A stretch of DNA of 62,641 bases, the filler included. It is 7 parts of 7 records of this genome, joined end to end, with 100 filler letters (N's around TTAATTAATTAA, not from the genome) between each part and the next. Parts side by side here need not be neighbours in the genome. Positions count along the whole stretch, not along the records: positions 42,891 to 48,748 come from SRR31156797_4460; positions 48,849 to 56,780 come from SRR31156797_4474; positions 56,881 to 62,641 come from SRR31156797_4495; 4 more parts are not named here. One strand, given 5' to 3'. Below the pieces are notes generated by a model. That model was not told where the DNA came from, searched no databases, and saw only the letters and a program-made list of their open reading frames with translations. Shown piece by piece: positions 47,952-58,212 of this stretch (positions are counted from its first letter, which is position 1; each line of letters begins with the position of its first letter). Both the position numbers and the translations under genes were made by a program.

Positions 47952-48371
47952 ATGAAAACAAATCAAGACAAGTGCTTTTTGACAATTCTTGTTTTTCTTT
48001 TATTAGGATTTTCAAGTTGTGATGAGTATTCAAATTATACGATTGGAATATTGAATAACTCATCGGATACAATTATTATTAACTATTCTGGAACAACAGC
48101 TTATGCAAATAGTGTTGATTCTATTGTTGTTCTTCCTAAAAGTGAGATTATTTACTATGATGCCGAAGGAAGAACAATAAAAGCAAAGAATTTTGATTGT
48201 GACCCTCAAATTGTAGAGGATGAAGTTAGAATAGAGACAAGTAGTAAAAGGATTCTAAGTAAAGAAATTTGGGATCAATCAAATTGGTCATGTAACACGG
48301 ATGGAAGAAATACTTATTATAATATGACTTTTACAATTTTAGAGACTGATTTAATTGAGGTAGCTAAATGA
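47952..48371 (+). CDS. Hypothetical Bacteroidota-type lipoprotein
   Basis: Lipobox FSSC-DE; I.NNSSDTI and FTI.ETD patterns. Confidence 0.75.
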   Translation: MKTNQDKCFLTILVFLLLGFSSCDEYSNYTIGILNNSSDTIIINYSGTTAYANSVDSIVVLPKSEIIYYDAEGRTIKAKNFDCDPQIVEDEVRIETSSKRILSKEIWDQSNWSCNTDGRNTYYNMTFTILETDLIEVAK

Positions 48372-48748
48372 TTACTCTAATATTGTCGTTTTTTTTAAAG
48401 TGTGAGAATAATTCTATGTAACACAGGTTACTAATAATATATATAGGTATTTGTGCCGATTAGATTGGGTTGAATCTCGTGTGAACTTTGTTTACATTGT
48501 CATTGCATACTTTCCAAATTTTATGTGCATAGGATTTTTCTAATAGGATAAGTAGAAAAAATAGAACCGAGAAAATATTTTATACTTGGCCTTAAAACCA
48601 AGAGAAAGGGATAATTGAAGTGAAATTATGGAAATACAGTATTACCTGAAAAGAAACGGTTCTTTTTATTTGATTTTTTAGGAATAAAAAAGATTAATTA
48701 GGATTTAAAAACAATGAGTTGACTAGTCCTAAATAACCGTTACAGATT

Positions 48749-48848
48749 NNNNNNNNNNNNNNNNNNNNNNNNNNNNNNNNNNNNNNNNNNNNTTAATTAA
48801 TTAANNNNNNNNNNNNNNNNNNNNNNNNNNNNNNNNNNNNNNNNNNNN
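48749..48848. other. Artificial contig-joining spacer
   Basis: N44-TTAATTAATTAA-N44. Confidence 0.99.
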
Positions 48849-50288
48849 TTCAACAGCTGCATTTAAAGAGAGAATATTTGTTTGGAAAGCGATTTGATCG
48901 ATCACTGTGATCGCTTCATGGATTGATGTTACTTCATTATTAATATCATCCATCGCTTTAGTTGTTTGATTTGCTAAGTCTTGCCCTTTTTGTGTTGCCT
49001 GCGTTACTTCAGAGGCATGTCTTGCCATCTTTGTAATATTTTCAGTAGAACTAGAGATATTTGATGTGACCTCTTCTACTGCTGCTGCTGTTTCTTCTAA
49101 AGCAGCTGCTGCTTGATTTGAATTGTTATTTAAAAGCTTCACATTTTGTAATAAGGTATCACTACTATTATCTAGTGCCATTCCATTTGATTTATTTTCA
49201 ACCAACATTTGAGTAATCGCATCTTGTAAAAAGTTGATATCTTTTATAAGGGTTTCAAAAGCACCATCTCTTTCTAGCCCATCAATCACAAGTTTAGAAG
49301 TAAAATTTGCTTGTGTATATTGTTCTAAAATTGCATTGATCTGTTTAAATCTACTATTCATATTATCAATCATACGATTTGTATTTTCTTTTAACTTATT
49401 TAAAGACTCATTTTTTGAACTTTTTGTGATTTTCTCTTCTAGCCAACCATTTGCAACTCTTTGCATCACATGTTCTGACTCTAAGATCAGTTGATTATCT
49501 TCATCAAGAAGTTTTCTTGTATTATTGATATTTTCATTAATCGATTTAGCCATAAGACCAAGCTCATCATCACTTTGAATCTCTATAAGTTCAACACTTT
49601 TTGATTCTTTATTTAAAAATGAGAAGAAAGAACCTAATCCCTCTTGCACTTTTGCAATTGAGCTTAAAATCGATTTAATAATAGCAATTGATAGAACTAA
49701 GATCACGATAAAGCCTATAACTGAAAGAGCAAGCATCGTAATAATTATAGAACTATTTTTCTCCTCATATGATTGTGTAAACTGCATATCTTTTTTCTTA
49801 CTAGCATTTCTATACTCTTTTAAAGCTTTTTTAAAAGGTCTCCAAACATTAACAATATGGGTGATGATATCTTTATCTTCTAAGTTTCCATCTTTAAACT
49901 TTTGAATCAACCTTTTGATATCTCGATCATACTCTTGATGTAAAGGTAAAATATTAAACTTTTGTAACCCTTTACTTACTTGCAAAAACTTTTCATTTTG
50001 GAGTTTTTTTATAGTTTTATCCATTGTTACAACTGCATTTTCTAAGTTTGCAAGAGTCTTTTTATCAGCTGGATTAATATACACACCTCGGAGTGCCGAA
50101 GTGATCTGAAGCCCTGAAGTCAGTGTAGAGATCACATATCCACGTATCTCTATAACTGTTTGCATCGTTTTAAAACGTTTCTCTTGAGATTTTAGATTAA
50201 GATCTATAAATAGATTAAATCCTACAAATGTCACAAGAAAAATACTCACTAAACTAATAAGTTTAGTTTTAATTCCTAAATTACCCAT
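48849..50288 (-). CDS. Methyl-accepting chemotaxis protein, 3'-truncated
   Basis: Two TMs, HAMP (DDELGLMA), QAAAALEETAAAVEE and IAFQTNILSLNAAVE. Confidence 0.93.
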
Positions 50289-50394
50289 TCCTCACCTTTT
50301 ACTCTAATCTGTAATAATTTAAAAGTTTATATTAATTTATATTAAATAAGACTTATATAAGATATAAATGCAACTTATATGAAAAAAGGTAACA

Positions 50395-51603
50395 CTAAGA
50401 AAGAGACTTTTTCTCTTCATACATCCTTTTATCTGCGATGATCAGTAGCTCTTGTAAACTCTTTGCATCTGTTTTATAGCTAGCTATTCCAAATGATGCG
50501 CTCAATGCCAAGGTAACATCTTCATACTTTGTGCTATGATCTTTTACTACATTTTTAAGAGTTTGTATCACTTTTATCGCATCCTCATAACTTGTATGGG
50601 ATAAAACTAGAACAAACTCATCCCCTCCAAGTCTAAAAAACTTATCTGTTGTTCGAATATGTTTTGAGATCACCTTAGAAAACTCTATTAAAATAAAATC
50701 CCCTGCATCATGCCCATACACATCATTGATCTGTTTAAACTTATTTAAATCAATCAACACTAAACTGAGATCATAATCATATCTTTCAACCAGCTCTATC
50801 TCTTCTTGAATATATTCATTAAATCGTTTTCGATTAAAAATTTGTGTTAACTCATCAATATTACTAGAGTATTCTAATTTTTCATATGCTAAATGGAGTT
50901 TTTTATTTTGAATATTAAAAACAGATTCAAGATTTTTAACCTCTTTGATATTCGAATTTATCTTTATCTCTTTTTTGAGATCTCTATACTCAGAGATTGC
51001 AGTCATTTGCTCTATAAGATTTAATATAGGACTTATAAAAGCTTTATGCAAATAGTTATACCATACTATAAAGATCACAAGAATTGAGATAAAAAATAAA
51101 ATGGAGATCATCACTAAAATATCTTTTAAAGATACATTAAGATCCAAAATCGAAAACTCCAATCGAATCACTGCTGCTATATCCCCAGCTTTATTATTTG
51201 TATGGCAACTTAGACATTCACTCTTATATAAAATTGGTCTTGCAAAGTCTATATAAGATCCATGATTAAAAAAGTCAGCTTCTTTTGTGATAAAGATATT
51301 TTTAATATCTTCATCTGCCACATCATCACTAGTTTTATATACATTAATTGAAGAGTGAGAGATCTTTTTTTCAATATTTCCTATGATACTCTCAAGATCA
51401 GCTTTTGTAGCTCCATTTTGCATGGCAGTGTAGAGATTTTCAAAAATAAGCTCGATCATCAATGAGGTTTCATTTTTTAGATTTTGTTTGATACTGCTAG
51501 ATTGAATAAAATATCCATACACTACAAAAAGTACCCCAATGATAAAAACAGTAGTAAAAACGATCCTATTGATAAATCTTTTATAGGAGATTATCTTTTT
51601 CAT
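50395..51603 (-). CDS. Membrane diguanylate cyclase with a periplasmic CxxCH (heme c) sensor
   Basis: TM-CLSCH-TM-HAMP-like-GGDEF; RTTD I-site and GGDEF intact. Confidence 0.88.
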   Translation of the reverse strand: MKKIISYKRFINRIVFTTVFIIGVLFVVYGYFIQSSSIKQNLKNETSLMIELIFENLYTAMQNGATKADLESIIGNIEKKISHSSINVYKTSDDVADEDIKNIFITKEADFFNHGSYIDFARPILYKSECLSCHTNNKAGDIAAVIRLEFSILDLNVSLKDILVMISILFFISILVIFIVWYNYLHKAFISPILNLIEQMTAISEYRDLKKEIKINSNIKEVKNLESVFNIQNKKLHLAYEKLEYSSNIDELTQIFNRKRFNEYIQEEIELVERYDYDLSLVLIDLNKFKQINDVYGHDAGDFILIEFSKVISKHIRTTDKFFRLGGDEFVLVLSHTSYEDAIKVIQTLKNVVKDHSTKYEDVTLALSASFGIASYKTDAKSLQELLIIADKRMYEEKKSLS

Positions 51604-51605
51604 AT

Positions 51606-53318
51606 TTAGCTATCTGTATGGAGCATCTTTTCATCATAAACGACGACTTTATCTCTCCCTGTTTCTTTTGCATTATATAAAGCGATATCTGCATCTTTGA
51701 TAGTTTTCCAAGAAGAGTTGCTTTTTTCAGGATATGTAGATATCCCTACACTTAAAGTTTTTGAAAAAGTCTCATCATTTGCTTTAAAAAGCTTTTTCGC
51801 AAACTCTTTTCGAATATTTTGTGCCACCTCTATAGATGTCTCTAATGGAATATCAAAAAGGATAATAGTAAACTCTTCCCCTCCATATCTTACAGCAATA
51901 TCTGAGCCTTTGATATTATTTTTAATAACTATCCCTAACTCTTTGATCACGTGATCTCCCACATCATGTCCATAAGTATCGTTCACTTTTTTAAAGAAAT
52001 CAACATCTAACATCATCACAGTAAACTCTTGTTTGTTTTCAAGTTCCTGTTCTAGATGTTTATCTAAAAATCTACGATTATATAATCCTGTCATAGGATC
52101 TTTTAAAGATCTCTCTTCAAGTTTCTCCATTAAAAGTTTTGTTTGTAACACAGGCTCAGTTAATTCAAAATAGTTCGTAATAATAGGGATATGCTCTTTA
52201 ATTCGTAAAAGCTCCTCTTTATTATCGGCATACATCAAAAGAGTAAGTGTCATCTCATCGGAAATAGGAAATGGTAAACATAAAGATTCTTTATCACTTT
52301 TAAAACAAAGATCACACACTTTATGAAAATCAGTTGAACTTATCTCCATATTTGTTCGATATGCTCTACATTTATGCTCAGAGGTCTCTAAAAGTTCTTT
52401 ATCCACAAGGCCTTGTAATTGATGGGACTGAAAAACCACTGTTCGTCCAGATTTATTGGCTCTATGCTGTAAGATCAAGAACTCTTTTATTTCAAAATTA
52501 TGCTCTAAAATAAAAGCGATCCTTTCATAGATTTTCTCTTTTTTATCATCATGCTCTATAGTCTTTTTAAATCGAAATATCTCAGAGAGATCATTAAGCT
52601 TATGGGCAACTTTTCCTGCATCATCTGTGAGTTTTGTTTTAACAGAAAATGAGAAGTCCCCTTTATATGCTTTACTAATTCCCTCTTCTAAATCATCAAA
52701 AAGTTTGATATAGGGTCGTATAAAATAACTTGCAATAAAAAAAGCTACTATTAAAAAGATCGTTGAGATAATAATGATATTTTTAATCATCTTCAAACTT
52801 ACATCTTCGATTTCTGTAATATCAAGCTCTAAACTAATAGCCCCTAATACTTCACCCTCTTTCACATTAGTATGACAACTTAAACAATCAGGATTAGTAT
52901 ATTTTGTAGCAATATAAGGAATAGAGATCCGTAAATATTTATTATGACTATCTTTGGTCTGCTTTGTGACTATCTCTCCATCTTTTAAAACAGCTTTTTC
53001 TATATCATCATACTTATAAGGGTCAAGTTCACCTTTTCCAAACTCTTCTATGATCTTTTGAGAACGCACCACTCGAAGAGTTTTTACATTTTGGTGTTTT
53101 TTCATATTATTTAAAAAGATATGGCTTTTATCCATAGCTCCTAGAACCATATGTGCAGTCAATCCATCTCGAACTGATTCTGCTATAGAGTTAGCTCGTT
53201 CTATTGTGGTTCTATTTCCAAACTTTTCAAACGCTATCCATACATTAATCACTGTAGCGATAGACAGAAGTCCTAACATGATAAAAACTATCGTAAGTAC
53301 TTTTTTATTTGTATGCAA
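51606..53318 (-). CDS. Membrane diguanylate cyclase with a periplasmic CxxCH sensor, HAMP and GAF-like domains
   Basis: TM-CLSCH-TM; Cys-containing GAF-like region; GGEEF; KGSD at the I-site position. Confidence 0.88.
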   Translation of the reverse strand: MHTNKKVLTIVFIMLGLLSIATVINVWIAFEKFGNRTTIERANSIAESVRDGLTAHMVLGAMDKSHIFLNNMKKHQNVKTLRVVRSQKIIEEFGKGELDPYKYDDIEKAVLKDGEIVTKQTKDSHNKYLRISIPYIATKYTNPDCLSCHTNVKEGEVLGAISLELDITEIEDVSLKMIKNIIIISTIFLIVAFFIASYFIRPYIKLFDDLEEGISKAYKGDFSFSVKTKLTDDAGKVAHKLNDLSEIFRFKKTIEHDDKKEKIYERIAFILEHNFEIKEFLILQHRANKSGRTVVFQSHQLQGLVDKELLETSEHKCRAYRTNMEISSTDFHKVCDLCFKSDKESLCLPFPISDEMTLTLLMYADNKEELLRIKEHIPIITNYFELTEPVLQTKLLMEKLEERSLKDPMTGLYNRRFLDKHLEQELENKQEFTVMMLDVDFFKKVNDTYGHDVGDHVIKELGIVIKNNIKGSDIAVRYGGEEFTIILFDIPLETSIEVAQNIRKEFAKKLFKANDETFSKTLSVGISTYPEKSNSSWKTIKDADIALYNAKETGRDKVVVYDEKMLHTDS

Positions 53319-53411
53319 TATTACATTCCTCTAAATTTACACTTTTTTAACAAAAGTCTAACTCTTTAATGAAATAGTAACAAATTTTTTCTTTTAATAA
53401 AGATAGTATCT

Positions 53412-55010
53412 TTATACGATTCTACTCAATACCGCTTCACTACTAATAATATTATCAACAATAATATTTTGAATCCCTAGCTCTTCAATAGATGTTTTTT
53501 CATCATTTGTATGTACTTTTACAATGATTTTATCTGCATTGATAAAGTGTTGTATCGTATGGCATACATGATAAAGCTTTCTTGGATTATCAATTGCAAC
53601 TATCACTTTTGAAGCAGTTTTTATATTGAGTTGTTTTAAAATATCTTTTTTTACTGCATTTCCAAAAATGATATTCTCTCCTGCATTTGAGGCAGCATGA
53701 AACTTATCGATATTATTTTCAACTGCAAGATAAGGAAAGTTATCTTTTTTTAACATATTAGCAACATTTTGTCCAAACTCACCAAACCCTAAAATAATAA
53801 TATGATCTTTCATCTCATCAGCATCTACCGCTTCATTATTAATTTCTGGTGTATTTTTTCCAAGAATCTTATCTGTAATTGGAACAAGGTTCTTTAAAAT
53901 AATTGGAGTAATGATCATACTAAGTACAATAGTTACGATCATCACTTGACCATATGGAGGACCTATTAAACTATTACTTCTCGCTAACTCTAAAAGTGCT
54001 AGAGAAAACTCTCCTATTTGCACTAGACTAAGAGCTGTTCGTAAAGCTGTTCGTTGATTTTCATTATATTTAACGATCATATAGATAATAACAAACTTTA
54101 AAAGCATTGCAGCTACTAAAACGAGTAAGATAAAATGGATATACTCAAAGATGATTGAAAAATCTATCTGCATCCCAACTGTGATAAAAAATATCCCTAA
54201 TAAAATATCTCGAAATGGGATAAGCTCTGCTTCTGCTTGATGTTTATATTTTGTCTCAGCGATCAACATCCCCGCAATAAATGCTCCTAAAGAGTATGAA
54301 AACCCTAAAATATGTGCAAGATATGATGCACCTATTGCTAAAAAAAGGATTGTCCCTACAAAAAGCTCATCAGAGTTTGTTTTTACAATTTGAGTAAAAA
54401 AAGGCTCTAAAAGATATTTTCCAGATACCCAAAGTACAGCAATAAGGATCAAGGAGCTTATTAACATCCCTAATAAAACTTCCCCAATACTTTGACCACT
54501 TTGAGAACTCATAAATCCTATGATAAGCAATATTGGGATCACTGCAATATCTTGCATAATAAGTATCCCTAAACTTCTTTGACCATAACGTTTATTGATC
54601 TCTCCGGTTTCATTAAAAGTCTTTAAAACAATAGCAGTTGAAGACAGAGCAATAGCTAAAGAGATGATAAATGAAACCTGTTGCTCAATTCCAAAAAGAT
54701 AATATGCTAAAAGGTATACAATAAGTGCAGAACTTACTATTTGTATAGTTCCAGCTACAAACACTTCATTTTTCATCTTTTTAAGATGTTCTATTGAGAA
54801 CTCTAATCCAATAGTAAACATCAAAAACACTACCCCAAACTCTGCTATCTCTTTAAGTTCATGATTATGAACTGCATCATGGAGTCCAAATCCATAGGCT
54901 ATTATTGTCCCAGTAAAGATATATCCTATTATAGTTGGAAGATGGAACTTTTTTAAAATAATATTTAAAACAAGTGCTATAAATAACGTTGAGACAATAA
55001 TAGTTAGCAT
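53412..55010 (-). CDS. CPA2 cation:proton antiporter with a TrkA-N/KTN domain (KefC-like)
   Basis: AEFGVVFLMFTIGLE, LSSTAIV, LIMQD, GAFIAG and QIGEF motifs; C-terminal GFGEFG. Confidence 0.9.
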   Translation of the reverse strand: MLTIIVSTLFIALVLNIILKKFHLPTIIGYIFTGTIIAYGFGLHDAVHNHELKEIAEFGVVFLMFTIGLEFSIEHLKKMKNEVFVAGTIQIVSSALIVYLLAYYLFGIEQQVSFIISLAIALSSTAIVLKTFNETGEINKRYGQRSLGILIMQDIAVIPILLIIGFMSSQSGQSIGEVLLGMLISSLILIAVLWVSGKYLLEPFFTQIVKTNSDELFVGTILFLAIGASYLAHILGFSYSLGAFIAGMLIAETKYKHQAEAELIPFRDILLGIFFITVGMQIDFSIIFEYIHFILLVLVAAMLLKFVIIYMIVKYNENQRTALRTALSLVQIGEFSLALLELARSNSLIGPPYGQVMIVTIVLSMIITPIILKNLVPITDKILGKNTPEINNEAVDADEMKDHIIILGFGEFGQNVANMLKKDNFPYLAVENNIDKFHAASNAGENIIFGNAVKKDILKQLNIKTASKVIVAIDNPRKLYHVCHTIQHFINADKIIVKVHTNDEKTSIEELGIQNIIVDNIISSEAVLSRIV

Positions 55011-55013
55011 AAT

Positions 55014-56303
55014 TTACTCTTTAGACTTTTTTGCTTCTTTTTGGATCAAGACCACACCAATAATAGCAGCGATAAATGAAGCTATAAAAATAGCCAGTTT
55101 TACAGCACTAATCAAAGTCTCATCCACAAAAGCAAGATTTGTAATAAAAATAGACATGGTAAATCCGATACCACCGATAAATCCTACAGCTACGATCTCA
55201 CTCCAGCTAAGATTATCTGGTTTTTGGATCAATTTGAATTTACTTGCTAAATAGGTAAACCCTACAATTCCTATAGGTTTTCCTATTACTAGTCCTAAAA
55301 TAACCCCTAACACGATCATCATATGTTCTGACATAGAACTAAAATCTATCACAACTCCTGCATTTGCAAACGCAAATAAAGGCATGATAAAAAAGGCACT
55401 AAAGCCATGAAGTTGGTGTTCAAGCTTTACAAGAGGATTTTGTACTTTATCATATCCATACGCAATATTTTCTAAAGCATCAATTTGATGATGATTTAAA
55501 ATAGGGATCTCATCGATATTTTTTTCAAACTCATCTAAAGCTTTTTTACTATTTTTAATAAAATTCTTTTCCTCAATTTTTGAACTAATTGGAATTGCAA
55601 AAGCTAAAAGAACCCCAGCTATTGTAGCATGTATACCAATTGCATGGATATATACCCATAAAAAAACACCTAGTATAAGATAAGGAGCTAAAGACTTTAC
55701 CCCTTTAAGATTTAAGATCCAGATAATTGCATAGATCAAAATAGCATGAAGAAAATATGAAGCATGGATCTCACTTGTATATACTGTAGCTACAACAGAT
55801 ACTGCTCCAAGGTCATCCACAACAGCAAGAGCAACTAAAAAAAGCTTTAATGCAGGATTTACCTTATCTCCAAGCAAAAGTAAAATACCAAGGGCAAAAG
55901 CGATATCAGTCGCCATTGGGATACCAAACCCAATATAGTCATTAGGATTAAGTGCCACATATACTAAAGCTGGAACAACCATCCCACCAATAGCCGCGAC
56001 TACCGGAAATGAAGCTTTTTGAACTGAGCTTAGCTCACCTATTAAAAGCTCTCTTTTGATCTCCAATCCCACCATAAGAAAAAATAGAGCCATCAAACCA
56101 TCATTGATCCACATCGCTAAACTCATAGAGATATCATGACCTCCAAGGTTAATCCCAACTGGCATATGCCATAGATCATAATACTGCTGTGCAAAAGGTG
56201 AGTTTGCAACAATAACTGCTAGTATTGTTGCACTAAAAAGTAAAAAACCACTAAAGGCTTCTTTACTTATAAAGTCTTGAAAAGTTTCAATATATTTTGT
56301 CAT
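55014..56303 (-). CDS. nhaA: Na+/H+ antiporter NhaA
   Basis: WINDGLM, GLEIKRE, PMATDIAF, LAVVDD, GKPIG and GIGFTMS motifs. Confidence 0.96.
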   Translation of the reverse strand: MTKYIETFQDFISKEAFSGFLLFSATILAVIVANSPFAQQYYDLWHMPVGINLGGHDISMSLAMWINDGLMALFFLMVGLEIKRELLIGELSSVQKASFPVVAAIGGMVVPALVYVALNPNDYIGFGIPMATDIAFALGILLLLGDKVNPALKLFLVALAVVDDLGAVSVVATVYTSEIHASYFLHAILIYAIIWILNLKGVKSLAPYLILGVFLWVYIHAIGIHATIAGVLLAFAIPISSKIEEKNFIKNSKKALDEFEKNIDEIPILNHHQIDALENIAYGYDKVQNPLVKLEHQLHGFSAFFIMPLFAFANAGVVIDFSSMSEHMMIVLGVILGLVIGKPIGIVGFTYLASKFKLIQKPDNLSWSEIVAVGFIGGIGFTMSIFITNLAFVDETLISAVKLAIFIASFIAAIIGVVLIQKEAKKSKE

Positions 56304-56380
56304 AGTTTCATATCTCCAGAAAATAATTATCCGTATAATATAAAAGAAGATTTAAACTTACTTGAAAGAGTGTGTTTAAT

Positions 56381-56779
56381 CTACTTTTTTCCTTCAAAAA
56401 GTACAGAATCTGTACTTTGAACCAGTTTTGTAGCAATCTCATGATTTTTATGGGATATCTCTTCAATATCAAGAGAAATTTGATTATTTTCACTTGCTAC
56501 TTTATCGATCATATTCATTGAGTCATTTAAAGCAGCAACTAGATTTTGCTGCTCTCTTGTTGCTTGGACTGAACTTTCAATGAGATGAAAAGTATTACTA
56601 ATATTTTCATCAAGTTTGTCATACTCTTGCAAGGTTTTTGAAGAAGCAGTTGCTCCAACTTGTGTTTTTTGTTGTAACTCATCCATCAATGCTCCAATTG
56701 TATTTGCCGCTTCTGCCGATCTTGAAGCAAGGTTTCGCACTTCTTGTGCTACTACTGCAAACCCTTTTCCTGCTTCTCC
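56381..56779 (-). CDS. Methyl-accepting chemotaxis protein, C-terminal fragment (5'-truncated)
   Basis: GEAGKGFAVVAQEVRNLASRSAEAA, read from the contig edge. Confidence 0.9.
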   Translation of the reverse strand, partial: GEAGKGFAVVAQEVRNLASRSAEAANTIGALMDELQQKTQVGATASSKTLQEYDKLDENISNTFHLIESSVQATREQQNLVAALNDSMNMIDKVASENNQISLDIEEISHKNHEIATKLVQSTDSVLFEGKK

Positions 56780-56780
56780 T

Positions 56781-56880
56781 NNNNNNNNNNNNNNNNNNNN
56801 NNNNNNNNNNNNNNNNNNNNNNNNTTAATTAATTAANNNNNNNNNNNNNNNNNNNNNNNNNNNNNNNNNNNNNNNNNNNN
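56781..56880. other. Artificial contig-joining spacer
   Basis: N44-TTAATTAATTAA-N44. Confidence 0.99.
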
Positions 56881-57528
56881 GTATATAAATAATAAAGGTG
56901 AAAAGATAGAAGCATATATCCCAAATGTATCAACTAAGAACCCTCTTGGTTTTCCCCCTGTATCAAAACCATAAAAAAGCATAGAGCATACAAAAAGTAA
57001 TGCAGTTGCTATTAATAGTCTTTTATCTTTATAAGTATAAGCATAAAAGAACAATGCAAGAAAAAATATGGCAAAAGAATTATCTACAAAAAGAAATAAA
57101 ACTAAAAGAATATAGTTATGCTTGTCTGTTAGTTTATAATAGTATAAATATAAAATTGTTAGAAAGGTAACAATTATTGCACTATTAACTAAGATAGAGG
57201 CACTTAATAAACCAGGTAAAACCATAAAAATAAGAGAAGAGATAAACCTATCTTTTTCATTTTTAAAGAAACCATCAGTGTATAAGTACATTAAAATAAC
57301 ACTTGCGAAGTAAAATAGCATAAAAGGTACTCTTAGAGAGAAATCATTTTGTCCAAAAATATAAATTGAAGTCTTTGTTATCACAGATAAAAGAGAATTG
57401 TTTATAAATACATTTAATGCTTCTTTGTATGAGATACTTAAAGTATCTACAACAAAAAGCAAAACTACAAAAACTAATGTAAGTAGTGCTGAAAATATAT
57501 ATTTATAAACTTTATCCGGAATTATCAT
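56881..57528 (-). CDS. Membrane protein of the GT-C/ArnT-PMT-like family, 3'-truncated
   Basis: LSISYKEA and FGQNDFSLRVPF; multiple TMs; overlaps the pabA stop by 4 nt. Confidence 0.6.
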
Positions 57529-58094
57529 ATTTTCAAAAAGTTACTGAGTATAGTAAATCCATGTTCACTCATGATTGACTCAGGGTGAAATTGTACACCA
57601 TAAATATTTTTTCCTTCTATTTCTAAAGACATAATCTCATCATCATCTAAACTATATGAAGTGGGGATGATATTTGAAGGTAAATTTTCTTTCTTAACTG
57701 TTAAAGAGTGATATCTTGTTTGTGTAAACTCATCTGGCATTCCATCAAAGATTTTTGTTTCTTTTACTCTTTTCATTTTTGAAGTTTTTCCATGCATCAT
57801 ATTTGTTGCTTTGATAACTTCACCTCCAAAAACTTGCGCAATACTTTGGTGTCCTAAACAAATACCCAAAATAGGTTTTTTGTCAGCAAAATATTCTATA
57901 GCTTCTAAACAAATACCTGCATCATCAGGTGTAGCTGGTCCAGGAGATATAATAATTTTTTCTGGATTTAATTCTTCAATTTGTTTAATTGTTAATTCAT
58001 CATTTCTAATAACTTTTAAATCAGCACCTAATTCAAGGCAATATTGAACAATATTGTAAGTAAATGAATCATAATTATCAATCATTAATATCAT
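57525..58094 (-). CDS. pabA: Aminodeoxychorismate/anthranilate synthase component II (glutamine amidotransferase)
   Basis: IDNYDSFTYN, SPGP, GICLGHQ, RYHSL and GVQFHPES motifs (could be trpG). Confidence 0.9.
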   Translation of the reverse strand: MILMIDNYDSFTYNIVQYCLELGADLKVIRNDELTIKQIEELNPEKIIISPGPATPDDAGICLEAIEYFADKKPILGICLGHQSIAQVFGGEVIKATNMMHGKTSKMKRVKETKIFDGMPDEFTQTRYHSLTVKKENLPSNIIPTSYSLDDDEIMSLEIEGKNIYGVQFHPESIMSEHGFTILSNFLKI

Positions 58095-58212
58095 ATAAAT
58101 GTTCCTACTTTTTAAATATGCAGATTATATCAAGTTTTATATTTAATTTAAATTTTAACGAAGGGATTAAATAACCATATAATATTAATAATTAATAATA
58201 TATAATTTAGTT

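Noticed and set aside
56304-56380. Na+/Li+ or fluoride riboswitch upstream of nhaA
   Set aside because: The gap is only 77 nt, AT-rich, and shows no recognisable conserved structure.
56616-56832. ORFs running into N spacers
   Set aside because: Artefacts of translating Ns; the real genes are truncated at the contig edges.
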